Shown here piece after piece: positions 1-12,974 of a DNA stretch of 64,000 nucleotides. This DNA comes from Phoronis australis. Lineage: Eukaryota; Animalia; Phoronida. The position numbers and the translations under genes were made by a program. The notes beneath the pieces were generated by a model that saw only the letters and a program-made list of their open reading frames with translations, was not told the origin of the DNA and searched no databases. The DNA is taken from positions 62,001 to 126,000 of the forward strand of contig NMRA01000436.1 in assembly GCA_002633005.1 (NCBI GenBank), written 5' to 3'. Positions within the stretch are counted from its first letter, which is position 1; every line of letters starts with the position of its first letter.

Positions 1-128
1 AGTTATAATTAAAACATACCATAATTCTTGAGACGATTCATGTCAAGATAATTTGAAGTAATCGATGAAAATCTGACCTGGTTTGCTCGAGTTTCTCTTA
101 CCGGGTACCATTTTGAGGAAGTTACGCN

Positions 129-275
129 GTTTGTTTGCGCAAAGCGCTGCCTGTTGACGAATCGACTAGCCAATCAGAAACGCCGGTGTAAAAAAATTTA
201 CAGAGGAAATTTAAGTGATACCTGCGTGCTGGCGCGGCTACCGCCCCACCTAGCGGCACGCAGGGAACCAGCGAG
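129..275 (-). mobile_element. Partial copy of the CTCGCTGGTTCC MITE family, cut by an assembly gap
   Basis: Reverse complement of the first ~140 bp of the 28213 copy. Begins right after the N at 128. Confidence 0.75.
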
Positions 276-963
276 CATGCATATATGCACATGGAGTTAT
301 AATTAAAACATACCATAATTCTTGAGACGATTCATGTCAAGATAATTTGAAGTAATCGATGAAAATCTGACCTGGTTTGCTCGAGTTTCTCTTACCGGGT
401 ACCATTTTGAGGAAGTTACGCGAAATCACGCATGTTGACGAAAAAAGTCCAAGAGACACAAATCTTATAAATTTCACCTGATACCTTCTCATGCTATTTT
501 ACAAATGTCACGAGAAAGCGTCACGCGCTGTCCCAGTTTCGCGCTAGCTTTTACCTATCTCACGTGACTCAGTTGAAATTTTATGGTCATCGCGCACGTG
601 GTGAAAAAGTTAATGGTAACCAAAAAGTGGAGTTGGAATTCTTTGCCAAAGTCACCTTAATTCTCGCAACTGAGCTTCATCGAAGATATGTGTAGAAGTA
701 GAAAGGACCACTGAAGAGAGCGCTTTTTAAGCGATAGTTTTAATTGTGGAATGTATTTTTGACGAGGTGAAAACTTAGCGGTGGCCGGATTTGGCCTACC
801 GCCCGTTGAAAATACGCGGGACGAATATCGTACAGAAACCAAGGGGCTACGTGTTGCCTAGATTCCGTGTTGCTTTCACCAGATTGATGTTCTTCTCCGT
901 CATCCACGTCGAAAACCGACGTATGGAAAATTGTGTGGACTCCAGACCTTGGTTTCTAACCTC

Positions 964-1028
964 CTCGCTGGTTCCCTGCGTGCCGCTAGGTGGTCAGTAG
1001 CCAGCACGCTGGCTAGGGAACCAGCGAG
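964..1028. mobile_element. 65-bp mini-MITE with a perfect 10-bp TSD
   Basis: CTCGCTGGTTCCCT...AGGGAACCAGCGAG flanked by TTCTAACCTC (954-963 and 1029-1038). Confidence 0.8.
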
Positions 1029-4000
1029 TTCTAACCTCTAACCCATTTTTTACGAAAGGGGTGTACTGTTTTTGTCTCTTGTTGATAGTGCATAATTTTT
1101 TGTTTTTGAAATGCATTAATCGTATTGAATGCATTTAGAAGAAATGGCTTCATTAACAGTGTACACTATAAAGTTTTGAAAATAAATAGAGCTGTAACAA
1201 GACTCCCTAAGAATCAAGCTTGTTTTCGAAAGCTTTGCGCCATTGTATTGGTGATCTTATTGGTTCATGCACTTACGGCGGGAAAATGATAGACCCAGTT
1301 ATTGCGCACGTGAGCACTGTACATTCATTCTCAATGAATCGCGACAAATGCTGAAGCCAATGTTCAGCTCACCACAGAGAATGTCCAAAGTCATGAAACA
1401 ATGTCAAAAGACCTTTAAAATAAAGAATAATATGTCTAACGTGGGTGGTGTGTCTTATGACCGGCTACAGTTTACATGGTACAGTGTAGGTGTCACAATG
1501 CACCATGTAGCCTAGGGTTCCATAAAATTGAGTGAAGCTGAAAAAACGACAAAGTAGAAACAAGCTCTCTTTTGTTATAATAACTTGTCCAATCGAAACG
1601 AATAATTGCGTTTTGGAAACTCAGCGAGACATATTTAAAGAGAAAGTCAACGTTTTTTATCAACAAAAAATAAATTTTAATTACCACCATGTTTACTGAG
1701 TGAAGCCAAATCTCAAATCATTTACGAGACCTCATTGGCGTGTTTCTTGAAAAAAAGTTTCAAGAGATATTTTAGTGAATTCGCGATCAATAATTTGTAA
1801 TACACAAAAACGGCGATAGCATTATTTTTTAAACCTTTGCCTTATCTGAAATTGGCTGAGTGGCACTGCTTTTCAAGAAGCGCAGTGGATTTTTTTTTTG
1901 GAATCATTTACGAGACGTGCATAAATTCAACAATAGTGCGTTGATTAAAAGGAAGATGTGGAAACTAAAATAACTCTACAAAGCTATGGTGATGTGCAAA
2001 ATCATTGAACAGTTTTGAAAGTTTTTGGCGAACATTTATGAAAAAATTGGCATTTGAAATCGGTTGCTTATCATTTACGAGCCTTCTTTTACGGGACGAC
2101 AATTTTATAATTAGGCCAAGTCCAATTAATTTCACCTACTATTGGCATGTGTGACATGAATATAGGTCAATTTTTCAAGAACGAGCACGTGCGCTTCAGC
2201 TGACATCGATACTGTCTGAAAATATTCGCTAAAGAAGTCAACAGAACTTTTGGGTAAGTTTTCAGTAATGTCACTTTTATAATTCACATGTTTTAGGGTC
2301 GTTATTAACGTACTAGAAGAAGTGACGAAATGCTTCCTGTGAAACATACTTTGATTAGAATTTGCTTGACGTTGGTCTTGATAAGTTCTCGTAAAAAATT
2401 GTCACGTAAATGATATCCAGCGTCCCGTAAGTGATTTGTTCTATTTTCACTCAAATTCATTTCATTTTTAAGTAGTAATTAAATTATTATCTGTGACGAT
2501 ACATAACTTAATGCAGATGACCTTGCAAAAATAATAATGACATCTTTTATTTTATTTAATACCTATTAATTAGAGTTTGTCACTTTGGTTTGCTTTGCGG
2601 AATGCCAAAACCCAAGTCTCAGCTGATGAAGGAATAGTCTAGAGAGCCCGTAAAAAGACACAACTCGGTCACGAATGGCTTAGAAGAGAAAGTGAACGAG
2701 AGGAGAATTCTCCGAATAGCCCCATTGCTGCACTACCTTGATTTTTCCTAATGACGTTTAAAGCCCAGTTAAAATTGCCGTTAAAAGGTTTTTAACCTTA
2801 ACAGTCTTTAGCCCAATTGTCAACGCTTAAGTTGTCATTTACGGGACGTGACATGTGACGTGTTAGATGTCAGGCACAATTGTATAGCAAATGTTGTATA
2901 AATGTTGAATGCAAAGTTTTGGATTTACCTGTACATGTACATGTGAGTTGTGTTACAAATGTCTCCACGTGCCTTTTTGCATCACAGACGGTTGAATTGT
3001 AATCTGTTGTCATTTTTATTACGTAATCAGTTACATCAACTCACACAAGTGACAACAAATAGCCTCCAATACGTATACTATCCGTCATTATTTCATACCA
3101 GTTTTTCCTGAAGTGTAGGTGGTCTGAAATAATTTCCACCGACACAATATCACTTGCCCCTCATTTACGGGACACGTTGTGTCATTTACGAGACTTCTTT
3201 AAATTCACTTAAGGATTTTTTAGTCATCAAATTACCGGTTATTGGATACCAGTTTTTGAATGATCGATAGTCGCTAATGAAAATTAAGACAAGTGCAAAC
3301 ACCACGGCACCTGTCTTTATAAAACACAGTTATAAACAAACGACGTGTTTTAAAAAAGTAAAAAATTTAGTTCAAAAGTTAAATTTTTATATGTCCACGA
3401 AAAATACACAAGAAAGTTGAAAGTACTAAGAGCTGTTTTTCTCGATTTTTAACAAGCATGCTGATTAATAAAATTGCACAATTAGATTGTTCGTTGTCAA
3501 TGATAACAAGCTAGACCGAAAATTAACCCAACGAACGCGTTTTTATGTTTTCAAATAAATTATCCAGTTGCTCTAATAAAACAACAAAATAACTCTATAA
3601 CTGCACTTGCTGAGCTGACGAAATTGTTCAAAACTTATCATTCATACATTAAACTAAGAAAAAAATAATACGTTACCTCCAGATGAAGATACTTGAAAAT
3701 CGAGTGTCTCAGGTGTCGAATTGTCGCAATTCATTGGGAATGGCTCTGTACCAAACGTTTTGTATCTCGTTTATTTGGCCAGTTTGTTGATATAGTAAAT
3801 TTCCTTATTTATACCCATCATAATTTGACCGCAACTTGAGCTTGTTGTGTTCTGCCACATTGGGCTGGAATAGGGAACCACATGTTGCTTAGTCGAATGG
3901 GCTTCATTTTAGCGGCAATTTCACGTTGTGTAGGTGAAATAAAGAAAGTGGATGATTATCATCCCCGAGATTTCATCATTAGTATTTTTTGCCGGGTACT

Positions 4001-4696
4001 TAAGTTTTCCCAGGCCAGGGATTGTCACATTTGAAAGGTAGAAGTGTTTCGCTGAACTTCCAGGTCTGTGGAAGTTCAGCTGACCAAACTTAAAAAACGA
4101 GGTTCTTGTTTAAACCAGGAGCTGCATAGGGTGTAATTTGTGCTGAGGTTTCTCTGCGTTACGAGTTTTTATAAAATGGGCCTGTCTGTAGCAAACTATA
4201 TTGTAAATAAGTAAGATTACGTGCAGTACTGCGACTGAAGTTCATAAAAAAATAAAAATTTGGACTTCGAAACCGCTTGATCTGACATCTCGCAAAAATA
4301 GCAATATTATGAAAATGCCAAATAAAAGTATTCCTTGAAATTTAGAAATAGCACACGTCAGCGCCACGTCCCCATCACCCCCGTTTTCTTGTTTGTGTGA
4401 CAGTTTTAGCGCGTTTGCGTTAGCAGAATCGATCCAATATTTCAGAAGGACAATACATATAGACCGGCAGCCCACAGCACTTAGCATAGATGAACAAGGT
4501 AATAACATCTGACCACTGGAGCATTTACAGCCGATTTCATAAATAGGTGGTTTAACAAAACCAGGTTTAAGACTCTATCCCGGTCTTCCTAAACCTGGTA
4601 TAATTTTAGACATGTCTAACTTGCATTTCACCAACGTGCTTTAAAAGTCTGAAACCCTGGTTTTGTTAGACCAGGGAGCGGGTGTAGCAAAACCAG

Positions 4697-6106
4697 GGCC
4701 CGGTCTCCAATTTCCGTACTCAGACTCGAATCTTGCTCAAACTCACACTTCATACTCAACTCGAGTACAGACTCAGCTTTGGAGTATTCATTGTCATACT
4801 CGAAAAATCTGTACTCGAAATTTCGAGCACGTACTCAGTGTTCGAGTGTACTCGAACTGAAGTGCACCTCATCTATATTTCGAGTACGATTTTGAGTAAA
4901 AATTCGGAGTCTATGCTCAAATTTCAAGTTTGGTATGGCAGTGTGCTTGAAATCGTACTCGAAAATAAATACGAGCCAGAGAACAAAATATCGAAAGGGA
5001 ACCAAGAAACACAGCAAATCTAAAAAATAAGTCCTTTTACCGTATCTCAGCACTTCAATTTCAGTTCAGAGATAATAGTTTTCATCTTAAATCTTCTTAT
5101 TCTTCACCTTATTAACCCGCCGTATCACTGTATGTTATGGCCGCCATTCTACCTCTACAATTCCTGGCAACATAGACTATAGTAATCTATGCTGGCAACA
5201 GGCGCATTGTAATCCCTTGTCGGCGAGTCATAACAAGCGTCGAAAGCAGTTGCGGGAAAAGTCGTGAGAGAAGTTTGAGCTGCCCTTATTTCGGTATTTG
5301 TGCCTACGTTTTGTAGGGTTTCCAAAAGACGAGGAGGGGAGGGAAGTTTTAAAAAGTTCGCTTCCCTGTCAGGTACATTTCTGATCATAACTTAGTCATT
5401 TATAATTCCTCAATCCCCAAATGGAATTCCAGATTTTGTTTGCCGATTTCTAAGTAGACGTCTCGTCCCGTTCACTGCCACTGGTGAACTCTGAATGCCT
5501 GCACAAGTATTGTTTTTTTAACTCACATGCCAAATGTCGACTCACTTGATACATCCCGGTAAAATACAAAGATACAGTATCAAACGTTTGACATCAGCGT
5601 AGGCCTACACAGCAATGGGTTTTATGTCAAGACTAAATCAGCAACAGAGATGTGATGTGATAAGATGTTACATAATTCTTAAGACATTTTCGGGACTGGG
5701 TGAGGAACTCAAGAAGTAAAGCTTAATAATTGCCAAATGTATCAAAGAAATGGCATAAGAATATTTATTGAAACTAAAAAATGAATAACAGTTACAGAAC
5801 ACTCAGAATTCCACGCTATAGACATACTCTTGTAGTTGTAGCGACAGCAGACGATAATGTAGGCCTAGTTCCTGGGGCGGTCTATTCCAACAGGGAGCGA
5901 TGAATCAGCGCGGCTTTGCGTGATTTTGCATTCATAAAGAGTTCCATAGCAACTCGAGTATGAGTGTCAGATTTGAGTACGTATGGAGTCTATTCGAAAT
6001 ACGACATTTGATACGCTTTTTTGAGTACGACTCCAGTGAGCACGATTTTGAGTATGAAATCTCGAATATGAGTATGAGTCAGAGTACGGAGATTGGAGAC
6101 CGGGCC
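4697..6106. mobile_element. Harbinger-type element nested in the outer one
   Basis: TIR GGCCCGGTCTCCAAT(T/C)TCCGTACTC / GAGTACGGAGATTGGAGACCGGGCC with CAG/CAT flanks. Many TACTCG/CGAGTA subterminal motifs. Confidence 0.75.
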
Positions 6107-6464
6107 CATGTTTAAAGTATCCAAGCCCGGCACCCTACTGTGTTTATCTGGATTAACCCAACAAAGAACCTATTGAAGTTTCCAATGGAACCTTGGTCAT
6201 GTGGGTATGTCTGTGCCGCCAAATTTATGTCCGTGTCATTTTAGTGTTTATTTTTTGCGGCCAAATGGGGGACAGGACCCTTGTCCGGCAACATTAAATC
6301 GGGGGCCAATGGAAATAGGCGACCAATGGAGGTGGAACTCAGTCAGAAGAATCAGAAGATGCCGTCTTCAGTCAAACCCGTAGCGCTTAAGACTATGACG
6401 CCCTGATCGACCAATCGTAGTCTGAGGAATCCGAAGGACACCCTGCAACACGTACTGGTCTACG

Positions 6465-6608
6465 CATTGGCGGATCCAAGGGAGTCCCCCTTTTTCCTTT
6501 GATTTTAGTGATATCAAATCTGGATTTTTCAAAGTTTTGACTTGGTCCCCTCTTTTAAAAAATCCTTGATCCGAACCCCCCTCTTTAAAAATCCTGGATC
6601 CGCCCGTG
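6465..6608. mobile_element. Short MITE with CA(G/T)TGGCGGATCC-type TIRs (hAT-like)
   Basis: CATTGGCGGATCCA ... CTGGATCCGCCCGTG. Confidence 0.65.
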
Positions 6609-7779
6609 CAACTGTTTGATCTTGTGTCGTAAAATTGAAGATTGGAAATAGTCCATTCTCGAACTAAAACTACGTCGTAAATGCACACCACGGCATCATT
6701 CATCTACAACGTGTAAGTGTGACATATTTAACAGTATCAAACCTGGGTCTGACCAAGTCCAAAGTTAAACATGGTTTAAGACCTTAAAACGGGTCTACGG
6801 AATATAGACCTCGTTGGTGAAATGAAAACTGACTTATACCAGGTCAAAACTAGAGTTAAACCAGGTTTTACTAGACCACTGGTCTAAAAAGTTAAACCAC
6901 CTTTATGAAATGCAGATTAACTTTAAGCCTGATCTAAGTCCAGTTTAAACCAGGTTTAACTTAAAACCACCTTTATGAAATCGGCTCTTAGAGTCTATCT
7001 ATGTATGTAGAGAAATGGACGTCAGCCGTTGTCTGCACTCTGGGTGTGACCCCTGGGGGCCTCAAAGGGGCCAACAATGAGCTAGACTAGGTACCGGCCA
7101 AAACTGATTTAAAACGAACTATAGTACCGTACTGAACACCAAATGACTAATGACAAACATTTTCACTCTGGAATGGGTCCGGCAGAAACCAAAAAAAGGG
7201 CCCCCAAAAACGAGCTAGCACATACATTAGAGGTACCAAAAAACACTAATTCCATGTGATTCAATACATGTCACTGGTCATTAAATGTCCTATGACAGAC
7301 AAAATACACTCTGGGTTATGCCTGGCAGAAACTCCCAAAAATCTCATCCACGGTATGCCATCAAAAATTTGAGCAAGACCAGATATTCGAGGTACCGGCC
7401 AAAACTGATTTAAAACAAATAATAATACTGCACTAAACACCGAATTACCCATGACAGTCAAATTGCACTCAGGAATGGGTTCGGCAGAAACCAAAGAATG
7501 ACCCCCCGCCCCCCCCCCAAAAATAGAGCCAGCAACAACATATCCCACTATTTGCTGAAAATTGCAACCAGTAAAGCAGCGGCACAAGAAACCAAAGAAT
7601 ATTTAACCGGGTGCCTTGATGCTGGACGCAAACTGTGACAGGAATTCCAAGACCAGTGTTCAACTGAAAAGAAGAGGGTTTTGAACCCCTTGGAAGACGA
7701 AAAGTGCACAATTTGCAAAAGAAAATACAAACAAGAAGCAGCCTCTTGCCAAGGACAAGTCAACAGCTAAGAGGCTTCG

Positions 7780-9340
7780 AGAGACGTTTTCATTCGTTCA
7801 CTCGTTATCATTTTGGAAATGTCAGTTTTTGACATGAGATATGTATGTGATGACGTTTCCAACTACGCAGTACCCAATGTCCATTGTGCACTCTGACGGA
7901 TCCATGATCAAGGCAGAAAAAAGCAAGTTGCTAGGTAAACTTGAGGGTTTCCAAGGAGGCTTCTCAGAAACACCTGTTCCGTTGATTGACGTGACCTTAA
8001 TAGATGGGGTATTGTTGCTGCATTCGCTTCTGTCTTCCAGTGGAAACATCGTATCTTATGGAAATCTGGCATGATACCTTCTAGCCTACATATACATGTA
8101 CGTCTGTAAAAGCTCAAGTAAGGAGGTCCATGTCTTATTTGATACATACAAAACGCTCTCGCTGAAGAGTAGCGAACGACAATTGCGTGGAACAGAAGAC
8201 CAACCTTTCGTCATCAATGGCCCAGAGCAAACACCCAGACAGACTAATCAAAAATTGTTGCAGAACGGGACATTTAAGGACAGTTTGGCAACATTCTTCC
8301 TACAAGAATGACAAAAAGACCGATATGGATCAATTCTTGGGGAGAAAACGCTTGTTGTCTCATATGACGAAAACTGTATTCGTCTTTCGTAAAGTGGTAC
8401 CATGGCAGCTGATCATCCACTGGATCTTCAAGGCTCCCACGAAGAAGCTGGAGACGCTTCTTGTCTTCCACTTAGCCAACTCAAATGGCAATGCATTTAT
8501 CAGGCCTTCTGACACGAATGTTGTGGGAATTGTCATCGGAATGATAGCAAGACAAGTGAAGAACAGCAGAGAAATGCCTTTCTGGCGTGTAATAATGGAC
8601 TGTGGATCTGGTAATAACCGTCGACGTATTCACGTCACCGCTATTGTTCGGACTTTAGAGTCTATAAAACATGGTCTCGCTGCAGCATTGCCGGGCCTGC
8701 ATGCAATGACGGGGTGTGACGTCACAGCAGCACTGTATGGGAAATGGAAAGTGGGGCCTCTTGAAATTCTGATGAAAAACTCATCTGGGACACTTATCCG
8801 GCTCTTCTCAGAGTTAACAAAGGTAGATGTCCCAGACGAAAGAAAGTTAAGAGAATTCATATGGATCATATATGGAGTGAAGGGAGGAGTCAAAGATGTC
8901 AATGAAACGAGATATCTGAAATTAATCTAGATGACCGGATAAATAAACAAGCTAATAACTGTAATTGATAACATAGAGTTGATAAAAGCAACGAAAATAC
9001 TTTCAAATGTTTTCATGGAATTAAACCAAAAGGCCCAGTGTCACTTGATACTTAAAAGAAGTAAGGGGTGTTCAGGCTCTATGTTCGTCAGCTGTTAGAC
9101 AATTGGTCCCTCGCCAACTAAATTTTCTCACTATTTCAGGAAAAGCTGATGTCCAACAACAAAAAGATCGACTGCGCATGGCCTCCCCCTTGCCGAAAGA
9201 CACTATTGAACAAGCGAGACCATTATAGTGCCATGCTCTGGGGTTAAGCCGATACGGGAAACGGTTTGGATCCTCTGAACTACAGTTGCGAAATACAAGA
9301 TGGATACTATACTCCCGAATGGTTTTGCGGATCTGCCGTT
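7780..9340 (+). pseudogene. Academ (XPG-like nuclease type) transposase remnant, C-terminal part
   Basis: PMSIVHSDGSMIKAEKSKL, LIDG, VLFDTY, SHEEA, SDTNV, LPGLHAMTGCDVT..YGKWK and PPCRKTL...W motifs across frameshifts and stops. Probable internal intron at about 8951-9139. Confidence 0.75.
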
Positions 9341-9474
9341 CCTGATGTCCTGTTTGAAGGTGCCAGTCTTTTACAAGCCGATCAAGAGGTACATGTACAT
9401 GTAGAGGAAATGGATTATGACAGTTTTAGCCGGTTCCTCCAATATCTAGTGTAGCTCATCAGAATCTTATCAAT

Positions 9475-10464
9475 CATAGGCGGATTTTGGGGGGGGGGCC
9501 CAGGGGGCCCGGGCCCCCCCCCTTGGCTGCCGCAAAAAAAAATAAAACAGTAAGAGCGTAGGGAAATGGTGAGTTTATTAATTAACCCCGGTAATTAAAA
9601 TAACACGGATGAAAAAAGATTTAAATGTGTGCAGTTTTAGTGTTGGGGGGGGGGGTGAGGGGGGGCTCAAATCCAATTTCAAGTGTCAAATTCGGAACAC
9701 GGCGCGTTCATAACGGAACTATGGCTAAGTATAGAATCTCCCGCGATATCCTAGGCGACCGGCAGCGGCGCTGTGCACTACGACTCCGTTTCCGTCGTCT
9801 GCTCCACTGTACAATGAAGAAAATTTACTTCATTTTTTAAAGAAAATGGAACCTGAGTGGCGATGAAAAAACAGAAGCTGCTGGTAAAATGTGAATTTTA
9901 ATCGAAGCCTTAGTGAATCACTCAGAAACTCGCAATACTCTCTTTGTCAAAGCAATCCCGTCATTATTGCCAACACGAAAAATGGATTTGGTCTTTTGGG
10001 CATTTGAAGACTATTTCAAATACGACAAATTTGTTAAGAATTGATGGCACAAAATATAAAACGTATAATAAGCATTACAAAAAGAAGTAGGTTACGCGCG
10101 CAAACGCTGTGGCCCATAAACAAGTAAGTCTTTTAGTACAAGAGATGTAGTTAAATCGTGGTGGTGTAGTGGTAACGTACGCGCGCTCAACCCTCTAGGT
10201 CGTGAGTTCGTGTCTTTGACACTCGCATTTTTTTCCTGTTTGACACGTTCTCCGTGTTTTTTTTTTGCCTTTTTTTCTTGGATAATACTTTAGGAATCAA
10301 GGCAAATGCTTGATTTTTAGAGGTAAAAACAGAAAAATTTCCTGGGCGGGACCTCCCCCCATTCGGTGCTCTGCGCATCTACAATCGTGGTTCAGTTTGC
10401 GCAAATGCTTCCAGCCGGACAAAATGTTGGGCCCCCCCCTTGTGATATCCTAGATCCGCCACTG
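9475..10464 (+). mobile_element. ~1-kb MITE with GGCGGAT-type TIRs (hAT-like) carrying a tRNA-like segment
   Basis: CATAGGCGGATT+polyG ... CTAGATCCGCCACTG with flanks ATCAAT/ATCAAG. A second copy lies at 37213-38134. Confidence 0.75.
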
Positions 10465-11704
10465 ATCAAGGAGTGTCTTTGATCTTTCGAAGTCGTGGCA
10501 AAGATGTAGCAGCAGCAGGCCTAAGGAATAGAGTCGTGTTCAACACAGACCCTGTAGAAAGTAAAATGTTGGCGTTAAATTCACTAGGGAGCATGCACTG
10601 ACAGAGTCTATTGCCAAACTAGTAATTAATATTGTGAGATAAACATTTTCATCGAAACGTTTATGTATCCATGCGAAATCCGTAATAGGCCCACAGTGTA
10701 TCAAAAACTGCCGCTACATATACGTGACAATGTACAGTGATAAGTTTTTATACTCAACTTATGTTTATGTATGTCGCTACGGATATGTTTGAGTATCTAC
10801 AAAACTGTAGATTATGACTATTTCTTAAAGTAGCCAAAAGTCCCTGAAATTCGATTATTGATTGTTTAGCATTTTATCGTTAATTGGGTTGTGTGACCAT
10901 GTCTTTTTGATAAAACTTTCCAAAAAAACAAAGACACATTGAATCAAAATGAGAAACAGGACCGAATTTCATTTGATATCAATTATAAAATGAAATCCTA
11001 AAACGGTTGTTACAGGTATTTAATTATTTTTTAGTTTTCGTTTTTATGCAGCTTTTGATTTATTTCATAAATATCATAAGAATCCTAGTTTTGGTAGCTC
11101 CTCATGCAAAACTGGAGAATATTGAAAAAAAAATCTAACAGGGTATTGGATAATGGTCTGAAAGTTTCACAAGAATCTTATCAGGGAGTGTAGAAGAATA
11201 GGAGAGTTCACTCCGCCATCTTGCTATTCGCCACAATGGTTATCGGTCAAAAAACTAGCACCGCAAGTGGCAAATAAGCAACACTAACTTAGTTGAGCAA
11301 TCCGTACCATGTAAACACTGATAAATTCATACTTTAATGACGTTAGAGATGCAATAAAATTACTTAGTGTGTGATTGAAAATGTTTGAAATAGGTAAACT
11401 AACATCCACTTATAATCGAATGAGAATGAAAATGTGTGTTTTAATTAACATTAACATGTATTTGCTTTCATTCTTTTGAAGTCCCCTTCAAAAGCCGTCA
11501 TAGTTTTGCGTCATGTTAAAGTTCTTAACGAGGCAAATTATCGTTCCTTATAACAGTTCATACCTCCACGGACTACGTAACATGAATGATTGCTCCTGGA
11601 GGTTCAGACGGAAGTTGCCCCCAGGTGCTAGCAAAAGGGTTCCAGGTAAAAACCAGGTGGACGTCAAATGGGTGTTGACCCATCCCAGGGAGGGTTACAT
11701 GAGA

Positions 11705-11976
11705 CAGTGGCGGATTTAGGGGGGGGGGGGGGACCAAGGGGCCATGGCCCCCTAAAATTCTTCCAGATACCAATTGGCAGTTTGCTGACTAGCATATGTG
11801 CGCATCCGGGCCTTGAACAACACCGTCGATTACTGTTTTTTAGTAATAAGGTCCGCAAACCCAAAAATTAGAGACTCCTGTATCCCTACATTTTAGGCTG
11901 GGCGCGCGCATGTGCCAAAATGTTGCTTATTCCTGTGCCCTGGCCCCCGTAACTCAAAATCCTGGATCCGCCCCAG
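11705..11976. mobile_element. MITE with CAGTGGCGGAT TIR and polyG tract
   Basis: CAGTGGCGGATTTAGGGGG... CCTGGATCCGCCCCAG. Confidence 0.7.
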
Positions 11977-12974
11977 TGGGAGAAGTATTCAGGTAAAAAC
12001 CAAGGGGGTGTGCCACATGGGTTGCTCCCCTGATCATTGACAACATGCTGCTCCCAGCTCATTGCTGGTTTCATCTCCACCCAACAATTTTAGATGTGTT
12101 CCCTATTCAATGCACCAGGATACTAGCAATGCAGACAATTGTTTTGTGCTATGGGGGTTACACAAGTAAGAAAAAGAAATGAAGTTCATTACTACCACAA
12201 AATTGTAATCCATTCTGAAGCACTCTCACATATAATTTTAGAACATTCCTTTACATGTAAGTGACACGCCAGTACAGGGTGAACTCCTCACTCTCCCACT
12301 ATATTCACCAACAAGTCAGTTGCTAATCTGTAGAATAGCTCACAACTTACAAAACGTAGTAACATTGAGTTTGTCATCACTCATGACTTGTCAAATTTCA
12401 AAATGCCATGAAAAAATAAGACGTACTAAACAGCAATCAAAATATTCACCACCAACACAAGTTCATACAAAACTGAACTATATATACCCACTGTTCTTAT
12501 ATTATCAATAACAGTAAATATTTCAAGTAAGTTAAAGCTTGAAAAAAAGGTCATATCTGTTACCTAGCCACAACTGGGGCTTAAATTAATCACAATCTCC
12601 AAAAACGTGCAAATGATAGGCAACACATACACCAATACAACAAGAAAGTCTAACCAACCTCCTCACTCTCAATTAATTCATTAGCAAACAGAAGCTATTT
12701 TCGCTAAAGAAATGCGTTACAAATAAAGCTGAAAACTTATTTACTCACAGAGATGTTTGTCATCGAGAAGCAAAATGATTCTGATAGCTTGGACTTTGAA
12801 ATTTCAGCCCTCCATTCAGTATTATTGCTCATTGGGTGTAGGCCTCTCACTACAGAACTGTACTTTATGTGTTATGTAGTCTGCGACCTCGGCTCTCAAA
12901 AGTTCATAATACAAGTTCACTGCCGTGTCGTGTTGACTATTAGGCCATATAAAGTGGAACGATGCCGTCTTACA

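Larger units (their letters stand above)
4528..6987. mobile_element. PIF/Harbinger-like non-autonomous element (outer)
   Basis: TIR AGCCGATTTCATAAA(T)AGGTGGTTT / AAACCACCTTTATGAAATCGGCT, TTA TSD, and repeated AAACCAGGTTTAA subterminal motifs. Confidence 0.75.
7000..11226 (+). mobile_element. Academ-like element remnant (boundaries uncertain)
   Basis: Encloses the transposase remnant. Candidate right terminus ...CCGCCATCTTGCTA at 11226; no matching left TIR found. Confidence 0.4.

Noticed and set aside
2620-2660. CTGATGA hammerhead-like box
   Set aside because: No stem II followed by GAAA, and no cleavage triplet context.
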